From a bacterium (lineage in GTDB: Bacteria > Zhuqueibacterota > Zhuqueibacteria > Oceanimicrobiales > Oceanimicrobiaceae), in assembly GCA_046757165.1 (NCBI GenBank), contig JBHHXT010000087.1:1-19085 (forward strand): a stretch of DNA of 19,085 bases, read 5' to 3'. Positions 1-7,715 of the stretch are shown piece after piece. The translations under genes and the position numbers were made by a program. A model generated the notes under the pieces. The model was not told the origin of the DNA. It worked only from the letters and a program-made list of their open reading frames with translations, and searched no databases. The first letter of the stretch is position 1, and every line of letters begins with the position of its first letter.

Positions 1-36
1 ATTCGAGCATTCAAATCATTCAAATATCGTTTGAGT
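1..36. repeat. Short 9-bp tandem repeat (CATTCAAAT x2 plus a degenerate copy), probably truncated by the window edge
   Basis: ATTCGAG (1-7), CATTCAAAT (8-16), CATTCAAAT (17-25), then a partial inverted copy TTTGAGT (30-36); lies downstream of the flavin reductase stop codon. Confidence 0.5.
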
Positions 37-64
37 CGAGTAGGTAGGAAAGTTCAAGGAAACA

Positions 65-544
65 TCAGAGGGTGTGAAATTCTCCGCGATAGTAAACCAT
101 TGGCGACTTCTCTTCAGCAAACGAGCCATTCTGTACTTCGGCGACAAAAATCGTATGGTCGCCGGCGTCGATGGACTGCACGGTTCGACATTCCAGGTAG
201 GCGAGAGTGTCTGCCAGAATCGGAATCCCTTGCTCAGAGGCGTGGTAGGTTAGATTCTCGAAGCGTGCTTCCCCGCTCAGCTTCGGATTGGCAAAGCGGT
301 AGGCCAGGTCGGTCTGCTGCTCGCTCAGAATGTTTACCACAAAGGCGTCACCTTCAGAAATAACCTGGTGGCTGGTTCCGCGGTTGTCGACACAAATCAA
401 AATAAGGGGCGGCCGCAAAGAGACCGAGGAAAAGGCGCTCACCGTCAACCCATGCATGCCGTTGTCATGTTTAGCGGTTACGACCGTAACGCCGGTCGCA
501 AATCTGCCGAGAAGGTGTTTGAACAGCTCGGGGGAGAGGGGCAT
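65..544 (-). CDS. Flavin reductase family protein (DIM6/NTAB, HpaC/RutF-like)
   Basis: Motifs FATGVTVVT, GLTVSAFSSVSLRPPLILIC, F-VNILSEQQ, GDHTIFVAEV and PMVYYRGEF. Start placed at ATG 544 (MPLSPELF), which has GGAG upstream; the ORF track extends to a TTG at 577. Confidence 0.92.
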   Translation of the reverse strand: MPLSPELFKHLLGRFATGVTVVTAKHDNGMHGLTVSAFSSVSLRPPLILICVDNRGTSHQVISEGDAFVVNILSEQQTDLAYRFANPKLSGEARFENLTYHASEQGIPILADTLAYLECRTVQSIDAGDHTIFVAEVQNGSFAEEKSPMVYYRGEFHTL

Positions 545-673
545 GAGGCTAATCTCCGATCCTGTGTGAGACGTCAAACGGCATCTGTACCGTCAACCGT
601 GATTGGAGTGGTTCTGTGTTCAATCTTACTTTCAGCCAGTCGCATTTTCCACCCCACTTCTCCCATTTACCTC

Positions 674-708
674 CTCACGTTTCACGTTTCACGTTTTCCG
701 TCTCACGT
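674..708. repeat. Heptamer tandem repeat, 5 copies, consensus YTCACGT
   Basis: CTCACGT TTCACGT TTCACGT TTTCCGT CTCACGT, starting 2 nt past the glgP stop codon (711-713). Confidence 0.85.
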
Positions 709-710
709 CC

Positions 711-2432
711 TCATTGAAACAGCGGCGTGACGTGATACGCGCGCAAGGCATATTCCTTGATCATGCGGTGTGTGTTGAAATAGGCGGCGTTGAGCGCGAT
801 GGCAGACTTCATCATATGAATCCACCGCTTGCGGTCTTCGTAGTACATGGGGATAATCGTGTGCTCGAGTTTCTGGTACAGGCTGTCCGTGTCTTTCCGT
901 TCGTCGTAGTCCACGAGATTCTTTTCCTCCGGGTCTGGACCGATGGCCCAGCCGGTCACGCCTTCGACACAGCCTTCGATCCACCAGCCGTCGAGCACGC
1001 TGAAGTTGAGCACGCCGTTGTGGGCTGCCTTCATGCCGCTGGTGCCTGATGCCTCGCGGGGCCGTTGTGGATTGTTGAGCCAGACGTCGACGCCTGAGGT
1101 GACAATGCCTCCGAGCCGCATGCCATAGTTCTGCAGATAGGCAACATCAATCTTGCCCTCCAGCTTGTGTATGCCCTCAAACACTTTCTTGATCACCCAC
1201 TTGCCTTCGTTGTCTCGTGGATGCGCCTTGCCCGCAAAAACAATTTGAATTTTATCACAGCCGATCTTCGATAGCCGTTCGATATCTGAAAAGATCAGGT
1301 CAGCGCGCTTATAGCCCGCGGCGCGGCGAGCGAAACCGATGGTCAACAGGTTTAGATTCATGCTGATGCCGGTCTCATCTTCGATCAGGCGCATGAGTTT
1401 ACCTTTGGCCATCATGTGCGCTTTCCAGATTTCGTCATCCGGAATCAGCATAACCTTGGCAAAGTGGGCCGGGTCCACATCCCAGCCCGGAATATGCTGG
1501 TCAAAGAGCTTCTTGAATCCAAGTGAGGTCCAACTTGCCGAGTGGATACCATTGGTAATCCTCTGGATGTGCGGCTTTTTGAACATATTTCTCGACACTT
1601 CCGCATGTTTTTGGGAAACGCCATTGATGAAATCGCTGAGTTTCAATGACAACGTGGTCAGGTTGACAGGATTTTCCCCGCCCAGGATCTCCCTCAAATA
1701 GTCGATGTAAACGGGATTCATGACCCGCTTGACCATCTCGAAATCGAAGACATCGTGACCTGCGGGAACCGGTGTATGAGTGGTAAAAATGCAATGCTTC
1801 TTGATTTTCTCAAACGAGTTGTAGCCACTTTCGCGGATGAGCTCGAGAGCGAGCAGGCTGGCATGGCCTTCATTGAGGTGATACTTGAGGATATCCCGGT
1901 AACCGAGATCCCGCAGCATCCGCACGCCACCGATTCCCAGGATGATCTCCTGGCATAATCGCACGTAGAGGTCGCCGCCATAGAGCTGCTTGTTGATCGC
2001 CCGGTCGTGGGGGGCATTCTCTGCGAAGTTGACATCGAGAAAATAAACCGGGACGACATAACCATATTTGCCGATAACATCATATTCCCACACTCTGACC
2101 TGGATGCGACGATTCTCAATTCTGAGCTCGATGTAGTTGGGGAGTTCCGTCAATTTCAATTCGGGGTTCCAGCGCACTTCTTTCTCGATCTGGTTGCCGG
2201 ACTCATCCAGGCCCTGGTGGAAGTAACCATATTGTTGCAGCAAGGTCATGCCGACCATAGGGATACCCAGGTCTGCGGCTGAGCGCAATGTGTCACCCGC
2301 CAGGACACCAAGTCCGCCACTGTAAGAGGGCAGTTCATCGTCTAAGGCCACCTCCATGGTGAAGTACGCAATCTCGCGTTTCGATTTGTCCTGGCTCAAC
2401 CGCTGGAATATTTCGCTGGTGGATTTCGTCAT
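711..2432 (-). CDS. glgP: Alpha-glucan (glycogen/starch/maltodextrin) phosphorylase, short 573-aa form, GT35
   Basis: AYFTME, YSGGLGVLAGD, HLNEGH, FTTHTPVPAGHD, ITNGIH, GFARR, FAGKAHP and the PLP-lysine motif EASGTSGMKAAHNG, followed by SVLDGWW; GAGG RBS upstream of the ATG. Confidence 0.96.
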   Translation of the reverse strand: MTKSTSEIFQRLSQDKSKREIAYFTMEVALDDELPSYSGGLGVLAGDTLRSAADLGIPMVGMTLLQQYGYFHQGLDESGNQIEKEVRWNPELKLTELPNYIELRIENRRIQVRVWEYDVIGKYGYVVPVYFLDVNFAENAPHDRAINKQLYGGDLYVRLCQEIILGIGGVRMLRDLGYRDILKYHLNEGHASLLALELIRESGYNSFEKIKKHCIFTTHTPVPAGHDVFDFEMVKRVMNPVYIDYLREILGGENPVNLTTLSLKLSDFINGVSQKHAEVSRNMFKKPHIQRITNGIHSASWTSLGFKKLFDQHIPGWDVDPAHFAKVMLIPDDEIWKAHMMAKGKLMRLIEDETGISMNLNLLTIGFARRAAGYKRADLIFSDIERLSKIGCDKIQIVFAGKAHPRDNEGKWVIKKVFEGIHKLEGKIDVAYLQNYGMRLGGIVTSGVDVWLNNPQRPREASGTSGMKAAHNGVLNFSVLDGWWIEGCVEGVTGWAIGPDPEEKNLVDYDERKDTDSLYQKLEHTIIPMYYEDRKRWIHMMKSAIALNAAYFNTHRMIKEYALRAYHVTPLFQ

Positions 2433-2572
2433 GACTCGGTCCTCGGATGTTGGCTAAAGCTGGCTAGATTCTGAATGATACAACCTCTATGATTATCGCA
2501 CGAACTCGGTAATGCTGAATCGAAAGGGACGAAGATGATGTCATTTTTTTCACAATAGAACATTAAGGTGCA

Positions 2573-2601
2573 ATTGTAACCATTTAGAGGGTGAATGTCA
2601 A
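2573..2601 (-). promoter_or_regulatory. Sigma70-type promoter for glgP
   Basis: Minus strand TTGACA (2601-2596), 17-nt spacer, TACAAT (2578-2573); near consensus, about 140 nt upstream of the glgP start. Confidence 0.7.
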
Positions 2602-2691
2602 TAACATAATTGGCTTGCTTTTGTTTTCTATCACTACTGTCCCGACGTTGACAAGAACAGCGTCACATAAATGAATAGTGACTCAAAATGC

Positions 2692-2720
2692 TTGACAATT
2701 TCCAGAAAATCAAATACCTT
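2692..2720 (+). promoter_or_regulatory. Sigma70-type promoter for ku
   Basis: TTGACA (2692-2697), 17-nt spacer, TACCTT (2715-2720); about 73 nt upstream of the ku ATG. Confidence 0.6.
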
Positions 2721-2793
2721 ACTGGACTTCTTCTTCAATCTCCCGGCAGGGCCGGGCCGTCAACCGGCCAATAACGAAATCACGAGGTGAACT

Positions 2794-3657
2794 ATGAGAG
2801 CAATGTGGAAAGGTCATATTCGGTTCTCTTTGGTGACCATCCCAGTTCGAATATACAATGCCATCGAGACAGCGGAGACCATTCGCTTCAATCAGTTGCA
2901 CAAGGGCTGCAACGGCAATATCGGTTACACCAAAAAATGCAAGAAATGCGAACAGGCGGTGAGCAATGAGGAGATTGTCAAAGGTTACAAATATGAGCCG
3001 GACCAATACGTCATTATCGAGCAGGAAGACCTCGACAATCTCAAACTGAAGAGCACGAAAATAATTGAAATCGAAGGGTTTGTCGAGCATGCGGAGGTCC
3101 ACCCGAGTCTCTTCGATGCACCCTACTTTGCCGGACCCGATGGGGAGGTGGCCTCCAAAGCGTATACGCTTCTGTGCGAAACGTTGCGGCGCAGCGGCAA
3201 ACTGGGCGTCGGTAGGGTCGTCCTGCGCGACCGCGAGCAGGTCATGCTGCTCGCCCCCCATGAGAACGGCGGCCTGCTGCTGTACAAACTGCGCTATCGC
3301 CACGAGGTGCGCGACATAAAAAACGTCCCCCAGCTCAACGGCCATGACCTTGACGAAGAACAGCTCAAACTCGCTCAAACCCTGGTCGACTCCATGACCA
3401 GGCCCTTCGCGAAAATCGAAATGAAAGACCGGTACAAGGACGCGCTGAAAGAGCTGATCGCACAAAAAATCGCCGGCAAGCAAATCGTCGCTGTGGAAGA
3501 AGAAGACCGTCCGGTCGTCGACATTATGACCGCGCTCAAGCAGAGTATCGAGCAAGCGAAGGCGGAGAAAAAACCGATGAAGAAGGCAACCGGCAAGAAA
3601 AAGGCTGTCGCTTCCGAGGGAAAACCTGCCAGCGGCAGGAAACGGAAGACAGCGTAG
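2794..3657 (+). CDS. ku: Non-homologous end-joining protein Ku
   Basis: N-terminal MRAMWKGHIRFSLVTIPVRIY, EIVKGYKYE, IIEIEGFV, PYF-PD, KAYTLL, DRYKDALKELI, VVDIMTALKQS and a Lys-rich basic C-terminal tail; GAGGTGA RBS. Confidence 0.96.
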   Translation: MRAMWKGHIRFSLVTIPVRIYNAIETAETIRFNQLHKGCNGNIGYTKKCKKCEQAVSNEEIVKGYKYEPDQYVIIEQEDLDNLKLKSTKIIEIEGFVEHAEVHPSLFDAPYFAGPDGEVASKAYTLLCETLRRSGKLGVGRVVLRDREQVMLLAPHENGGLLLYKLRYRHEVRDIKNVPQLNGHDLDEEQLKLAQTLVDSMTRPFAKIEMKDRYKDALKELIAQKIAGKQIVAVEEEDRPVVDIMTALKQSIEQAKAEKKPMKKATGKKKAVASEGKPASGRKRKTA

Positions 3658-3673
3658 TATTTTGACAAAGACC

Positions 3674-4300
3674 ATGGGCAACATCCTGCAATTGCCGACG
3701 AACCCGCCAGCCAGGCTGGACTTTCAGCGGGTTCGCCAAAAAAGGAAAAAGAAAGATCCTGAGCGTCATGGTCAGATGAATCTCTTCGGGCCATCATCCG
3801 GCCAATCCGCACGTATCGTGAATCTGCCAAAGCGGATGAGCCCGTTCGAAGAAGCGTTGACGCTGGATGAACGTGGCGACCAGAAGGCGAGCGAGAGTTA
3901 CTGGCAAGCCATCTCCGCCGGCGATTGTGTCGCTGACGCGTACTGCAACCTCGGCATCCTGGAATCCCGCGTCGGAAGAACCGAGAAGGCGTTCGACTGT
4001 TTCACCAAGTCCCTGTGCGCGAGCCCGCGCCATCTAGAATCCCACTACAACCTCGCAAACTTGTATTTCGAAATCGGCAATCTGCGGCTTGCGCGCGAGC
4101 ACTATGAGCTGGCGACGCAAATCGACCCTTCTTTTCCGAACATCTATTTCAATCTCGGTTTGGTGCTGGCGCTGAATGAAGATTACCAGGCCGCAATCGA
4201 GGCCTTGACCACGTACCAGGACCTCGTGTCCGATGAAGAAGCCAGCCAGGTCGAAGAGCTGCTGACCAGCCTGAAATACTCCCTCACCGTGCACCGGTAA
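3674..4300 (+). CDS. Tetratricopeptide repeat protein (3 clear TPRs plus 1 degenerate) with a basic, probably disordered N-terminal extension
   Basis: 34-aa repeats ADAYCNLG...SPRH, LESHYNLA...DPSF and PNIYFNLG...VSDE. Start is ATG 3674 or TTG 3662, immediately after the ku stop. No signal peptide. Confidence 0.85.
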   Translation: MGNILQLPTNPPARLDFQRVRQKRKKKDPERHGQMNLFGPSSGQSARIVNLPKRMSPFEEALTLDERGDQKASESYWQAISAGDCVADAYCNLGILESRVGRTEKAFDCFTKSLCASPRHLESHYNLANLYFEIGNLRLAREHYELATQIDPSFPNIYFNLGLVLALNEDYQAAIEALTTYQDLVSDEEASQVEELLTSLKYSLTVHR

Positions 4301-4307
4301 GCAGAAT

Positions 4308-4401
4308 TTTATTGTTTTATTGCTTTATTGTTATCCGAACCATGAAACAATAGAACAATAGAACAATAAAGCAGTAAAACAATGAGAAACAATAAAACAA
4401 T
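4308..4401. repeat. Octamer tandem repeat array that switches orientation (TTTATTGY x3, then about 8 copies of AACAATAR)
   Basis: TTTATTGT TTTATTGC TTTATTGT tatccg AACCATGA AACAATAG AACAATAG AACAATAA AGCAGTAA AACAATGA ga AACAATAA AACAAT; the left and right arms are reverse complements. Confidence 0.85.
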
Positions 4402-4425
4402 CGTCTGCTAATGATTGGAGGTAGC

Positions 4426-5253
4426 ATGAGCACATTAAAGACGACTTTCTTGATGGTCTTGCTGACCGTTCTTCTCGTCTTCGTGGGGAATGCGGTCGCA
4501 GGCCGAAACGGTGCGGTCATCGCCTTCGTGATCGCTGCCGGCATGAATTTCTTCAGCTACTGGTTTTCCGATAAAGTTGTGCTGAGGACTTACCGCGCCC
4601 AGGAAATTTCGGAAGCACAGGCGCCGCAATTATACACCGTGGTCAGGCGGTTGACGCAGCAAGCCCGTTTGCCGATGCCGAAAGTTTATGTCATTCCGAA
4701 CGAAACGCCCAACGCGTTCGCCACCGGTCGAAATCCGGAAAATGCTGCCGTCGCCGTGACACAAGGCATCATGCGCATGCTGAGTCCAGATGAGCTGGAG
4801 GGCGTCCTTTCTCACGAGCTCGCTCACATCCAAAACCGGGACATCCTGATTGGCTCGGTGGCCGCGACCATCGCGGGGGCGATCAATATGCTCTACTACA
4901 TGGGATTCTTCTTCGGCGGCAGCGATGATGACGATGGCAGCCCGTTTGCCAATATCCTCATGATCATCATCGCACCCATTGCCGCCATGCTGATCCAAAT
5001 GGCTATCTCACGTTCGCGTGAGTTTGCCGCAGACCGTCGTGGCGCCGAGATTTGCAACAAGCCGCTGGCATTGGCATCGGCACTTGAAAATCTGGAGCGT
5101 GGTGTGGAAAGAATTCCCATGAAGGCGTCGCCGACCTCAGCGCATATGTTTATTGTCAATCCGCTGCGCGGTGGTGGCATCGCTTCCTTGTTCTCGACAC
5201 ACCCAGCGACCGAGGAACGCGTCAGAAGGTTGCGTGAGTTGGCGCGTGTATGA
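4426..5253 (+). CDS. htpX: Zinc metalloprotease HtpX (peptidase M48)
   Basis: N-terminal TM pair, [29 protein letters not shown] (HELAH), SRSREFAAD and LFSTHP..EER. Start placed at ATG 4426, which follows GGAGG; the ORF track begins at 4411. Confidence 0.95.
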   Translation: MSTLKTTFLMVLLTVLLVFVGNAVAGRNGAVIAFVIAAGMNFFSYWFSDKVVLRTYRAQEISEAQAPQLYTVVRRLTQQARLPMPKVYVIPNETPNAFATGRNPENAAVAVTQGIMRMLSPDELEGVLSHELAHIQNRDILIGSVAATIAGAINMLYYMGFFFGGSDDDDGSPFANILMIIIAPIAAMLIQMAISRSREFAADRRGAEICNKPLALASALENLERGVERIPMKASPTSAHMFIVNPLRGGGIASLFSTHPATEERVRRLRELARV

Positions 5254-5276
5254 CACCCATCACAAATAACCAAAGA

Positions 5277-5352
5277 CCTGCGTTTTGTCAGCGCCGGGTC
5301 TGAGGACGACAAAACACAGGGGGTGCCTGCCTTTGCCTATTGGGGCATCCCC
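5277..5352 (+). terminator. Tandem stem-loops after htpX (possible terminator or 3' stabilising structure)
   Basis: CCTGCGTTTTGTC (5277-5289) pairs with GACAAAACACAGG (5308-5320) with one mismatch; a second stem GGGTGCC/GGCATCC spans 5321-5350; only a weak U-tract follows. Confidence 0.4.
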
Positions 5353-5403
5353 ATTTGTCCTCCCGAGTGCCTGTTCCTCTGACCGAAAACTCATCTAACG
5401 CGC

Positions 5404-5446
5404 TGTCGTTGCGAGTCCTGCGCTCTTCGCGGGACGAAGCGATCTC
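5404..5446. repeat. REP/palindromic-element-like sequence (GTCRTTGCGAG ... GAAGCRATCTC type)
   Basis: TGTCGTTGCGA-GTCCTGCG-ctctt-CGCGGGAC-GAAGCGATCTC: an internal 8-bp hairpin between ends that resemble the widespread GTCATTGCGAG...GAAGCAATC intergenic repeat. Only one copy in the window. Confidence 0.4.
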
Positions 5447-5598
5447 CTGGCGTGTCTAACTACCCTACAGGATGTTTTCGTTTGTTAAGAACGTTGAGTG
5501 CATGGAGTCAACCGGCCGATTAACAACCTGGGGTCAACCGACAGGAATGGACTGTCCACCACCAGCAGCCTGCCAGGTGCCAAACAAAGGAAGCAAGG

Positions 5599-6174
5599 AT
5601 GAGCTGTATCGTAGGCCTCATTTCCGGCAAAGATGTTTATCTCGGCGGCGATTCAGCCGGAGTCTCCGGCTTGGACGTAACGGTCAGAGCGGATGAAAAA
5701 GTATTCCGAAAGGGGGGCATGATATTCGGCTTCACCACCTCCTTCAGGATGGGTCAGATTCTACGTTACTGTCTTGAAATTCCGCAGCAACAGGGTGATC
5801 AGGATGACTACGCCTATTTGTGCTCTTCCTTCATCGACGCGGTGATCAAGTGTCTCGCTGAGAAAGGATTTGCCCGAACAAAAGACGGCGAGAAAATCGG
5901 CGGGTCGTTCTTGCTGGGTTACAAAAGCAGCTTGTACAGAATCGATCCGGATTTTCAGGTGGGCCGGAGCGCGCAATGCTATGAATCTATCGGTTGCGGT
6001 GCCTACTATGCCAAGGGGGCACTCTTTACTTTGACACATCATTTTGGCAAAACAGCAAAACGGGGCGCGAAGGAGAACATCGAAATCGCCCTGTCAGCCG
6101 CAGCAATGCACTGTGCAGGTGTCTGCAAGCCTTTTGTCGTTTTGAGGCTCCATCAACCAGACTTACCGATGTGA
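5599..6174 (+). CDS. Ntn-hydrolase of the proteasome-beta/HslV-like fold, with N-terminal Ser
   Basis: After Met removal: S1-CIVGL, GGD17S, EK33VF, beta-strand motifs FLLGY and LYRID, and IG131-C-G133 followed by AKGAL; spacing matches the Thr1/Asp17/Lys33 and GSG motifs of the fold. AAGGA RBS upstream. Confidence 0.75.
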   Translation: MSCIVGLISGKDVYLGGDSAGVSGLDVTVRADEKVFRKGGMIFGFTTSFRMGQILRYCLEIPQQQGDQDDYAYLCSSFIDAVIKCLAEKGFARTKDGEKIGGSFLLGYKSSLYRIDPDFQVGRSAQCYESIGCGAYYAKGALFTLTHHFGKTAKRGAKENIEIALSAAAMHCAGVCKPFVVLRLHQPDLPM

Positions 6175-6390
6175 ATTTTGTGAAAGGGGCGGACTCTTGT
6201 CGCGGAATCTGGTTTGCAAGTCTGCCGGCCGTACTCTCGGGGACGGCGACCCACCACCGACGATGTAGCCATGCCCCCTTGTGGGGCATATAGCAATATC
6301 AATATGAATAATCACCATGCTGGAAATACAAGGGATGACGGCTACGAAAGGCGAATGGACACCCATTTGGGAATGCGCTGACAATACATC

Positions 6391-6418
6391 CCGGGGTTGC
6401 GCGAATGCGCAACCCCGG
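6391..6418. terminator. Perfect 12-bp GC-rich hairpin between convergent genes
   Basis: CCGGGGTTGCGC-gaat-GCGCAACCCCGG, about 90 nt past the stop of the TonB-like gene; no clear U-tract on either strand. Confidence 0.5.
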
Positions 6419-6506
6419 TGAAAGGGAAAATGTCAATAAAAACAAGCCTGCATGGGTTGTACAAGCCGCACCAGAGCCAAAGCCGGACGAGCCCATCAAA
6501 GACTCA

Positions 6507-7625
6507 CTAATACCCAAATGCGTACGTCTGCCGAACGGTGGTATTGCCATACGACGCCTCGATCTCACCGAAATCGTTCCACCGCCGGATGCGGTTGAGA
6601 ACACAACGCTCCACACTCCTGTTGTTTATGGTGGAGGAGACCAGCTCGACGTTTTTCACCCGTCCGCCAGAGGTAATAGTGAACCGAACCGTGATTTTAC
6701 CGCGCAAATTTGGATTGCGCTTCAGCTCGCGCTCGTAGCAGTACTGGATGGTCTTGTTGTGATGCAAAATAACCGCCTGAACATCGGCGGCATTGCGCCC
6801 GATGTTGCCCCCGCTTCCCGCCCCGCCTTCTATTTTGGGCGCGTCCATCGAAACGACAAGCTCACCGCCGCGCTCGAAAGAGGGGTCCACGGCGTCGCCC
6901 AGGCCTGAGACCATTTCATCGATACCAGCGCTGCCGTGAGAGCGGGCCCCTTTGACCCGCCCGCTGCTGCCGCCGCGGCGAGCCACTCGCTGTAGACTGG
7001 TGAGCTTCGCGATTTTCTTATCGAGATCGCCGCTGGAGCGGCCGGCGGTTGAAAGCACGTCCGCGATCTCGCCGCCGACGGCATACGCACTTTTGCTGGT
7101 CAGCAAGGCGAGGACGCCGCGGTTGCTGACGGTGGCCGCAATCCGTGCCTGCGACTTTCCTGCTCTGCGGCTCCTGCGAGCGCGCGCATCCCTTCTTGTG
7201 CCGCCCCCCTGACGGCGCGCATCCGCCATGCTCGGCGCGGATTTCCTGGCCCGCTTGGCCGCTGCTTGCTTGCCTGGCGAGGCTTGCTTGCCAGCATCCG
7301 GAGACTTCTTGGCGTGCGGACGCCTGGCTCGTGGCTCATCCTCGTTTTCTTTCAGCTCGAATTGAACGAACTGCTCCTGCAACAACGCCTCGCGCTCCTT
7401 GATTGTGCGCGCCAGGCGCTCCTGCATCTTGCTCACGTCAGCCAGGAAAAGCTCTCTCGCAAGTGGATTGAGCAAGAAATAGATGACAATCGCGACATGG
7501 ACAATCACCGACATGGTCAGAATTCCCATGAACCGGCTGTCGTACAACTGTGAAATTTTTCTCTCAAATCGAAATGGATGTTGGCCCTTCGTGCCCTCAT
7601 CCTCGAGGGAGTTTCGTTCTTTCAT
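6507..7625 (-). CDS. TonB-like energy transducer with AgmX/PglI-type C-terminal domain (GltG-like)
   Basis: Single N-terminal TM with SxxxH (SVIVH), Arg/Ala/Gly-rich linker, and C-terminal IQYCYERELKRNPNLRGKITVRFTI..G.V...SST.....VERCV, typical of GltG/GltJ TonB_C-like domains; last gene after exbB-exbD-exbD. Confidence 0.85.
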   Translation of the reverse strand: MKERNSLEDEGTKGQHPFRFERKISQLYDSRFMGILTMSVIVHVAIVIYFLLNPLARELFLADVSKMQERLARTIKEREALLQEQFVQFELKENEDEPRARRPHAKKSPDAGKQASPGKQAAAKRARKSAPSMADARRQGGGTRRDARARRSRRAGKSQARIAATVSNRGVLALLTSKSAYAVGGEIADVLSTAGRSSGDLDKKIAKLTSLQRVARRGGSSGRVKGARSHGSAGIDEMVSGLGDAVDPSFERGGELVVSMDAPKIEGGAGSGGNIGRNAADVQAVILHHNKTIQYCYERELKRNPNLRGKITVRFTITSGGRVKNVELVSSTINNRSVERCVLNRIRRWNDFGEIEASYGNTTVRQTYAFGY

Positions 7626-7715
7626 AAGTTTGCCTTTCCTCGAGATTCTTTCTTTAACGTCCTTGTTTTAGTACGAGTGGTCCACCCGTAATGCCGAACA
7701 CGAGAGCGCCGGGAG

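Noticed and set aside
2719..3684. 321-aa minus-strand ORF
   Set aside because: Antisense shadow of ku, which has clear family motifs, an RBS and a promoter.
4308..4401. CRISPR-like array
   Set aside because: Units are 8 bp and contiguous with no unique spacers; no cas genes nearby.
5394..5500. Possible integron attC sites (ATCTAAC and GTCTAAC ... GTTAAGA/GTTGAGT)
   Set aside because: Core-like heptamers are present, but I see no extended complementary arms or L boxes, no cassette array and no integrase.
5599..6174. Calling the Ntn hydrolase hslV, or calling a prophage
   Set aside because: It lacks the TTI N-terminus and an adjacent hslU, and there are no other phage genes in the window.
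6175..6506. Small ORFs or a riboswitch/ncRNA in the convergent spacer
   Set aside because: Hairpins are present, but I recognise no RNA family consensus, a position between two 3' ends does not suit a riboswitch, and the short ORFs lack an RBS. An Rfam scan would settle it.
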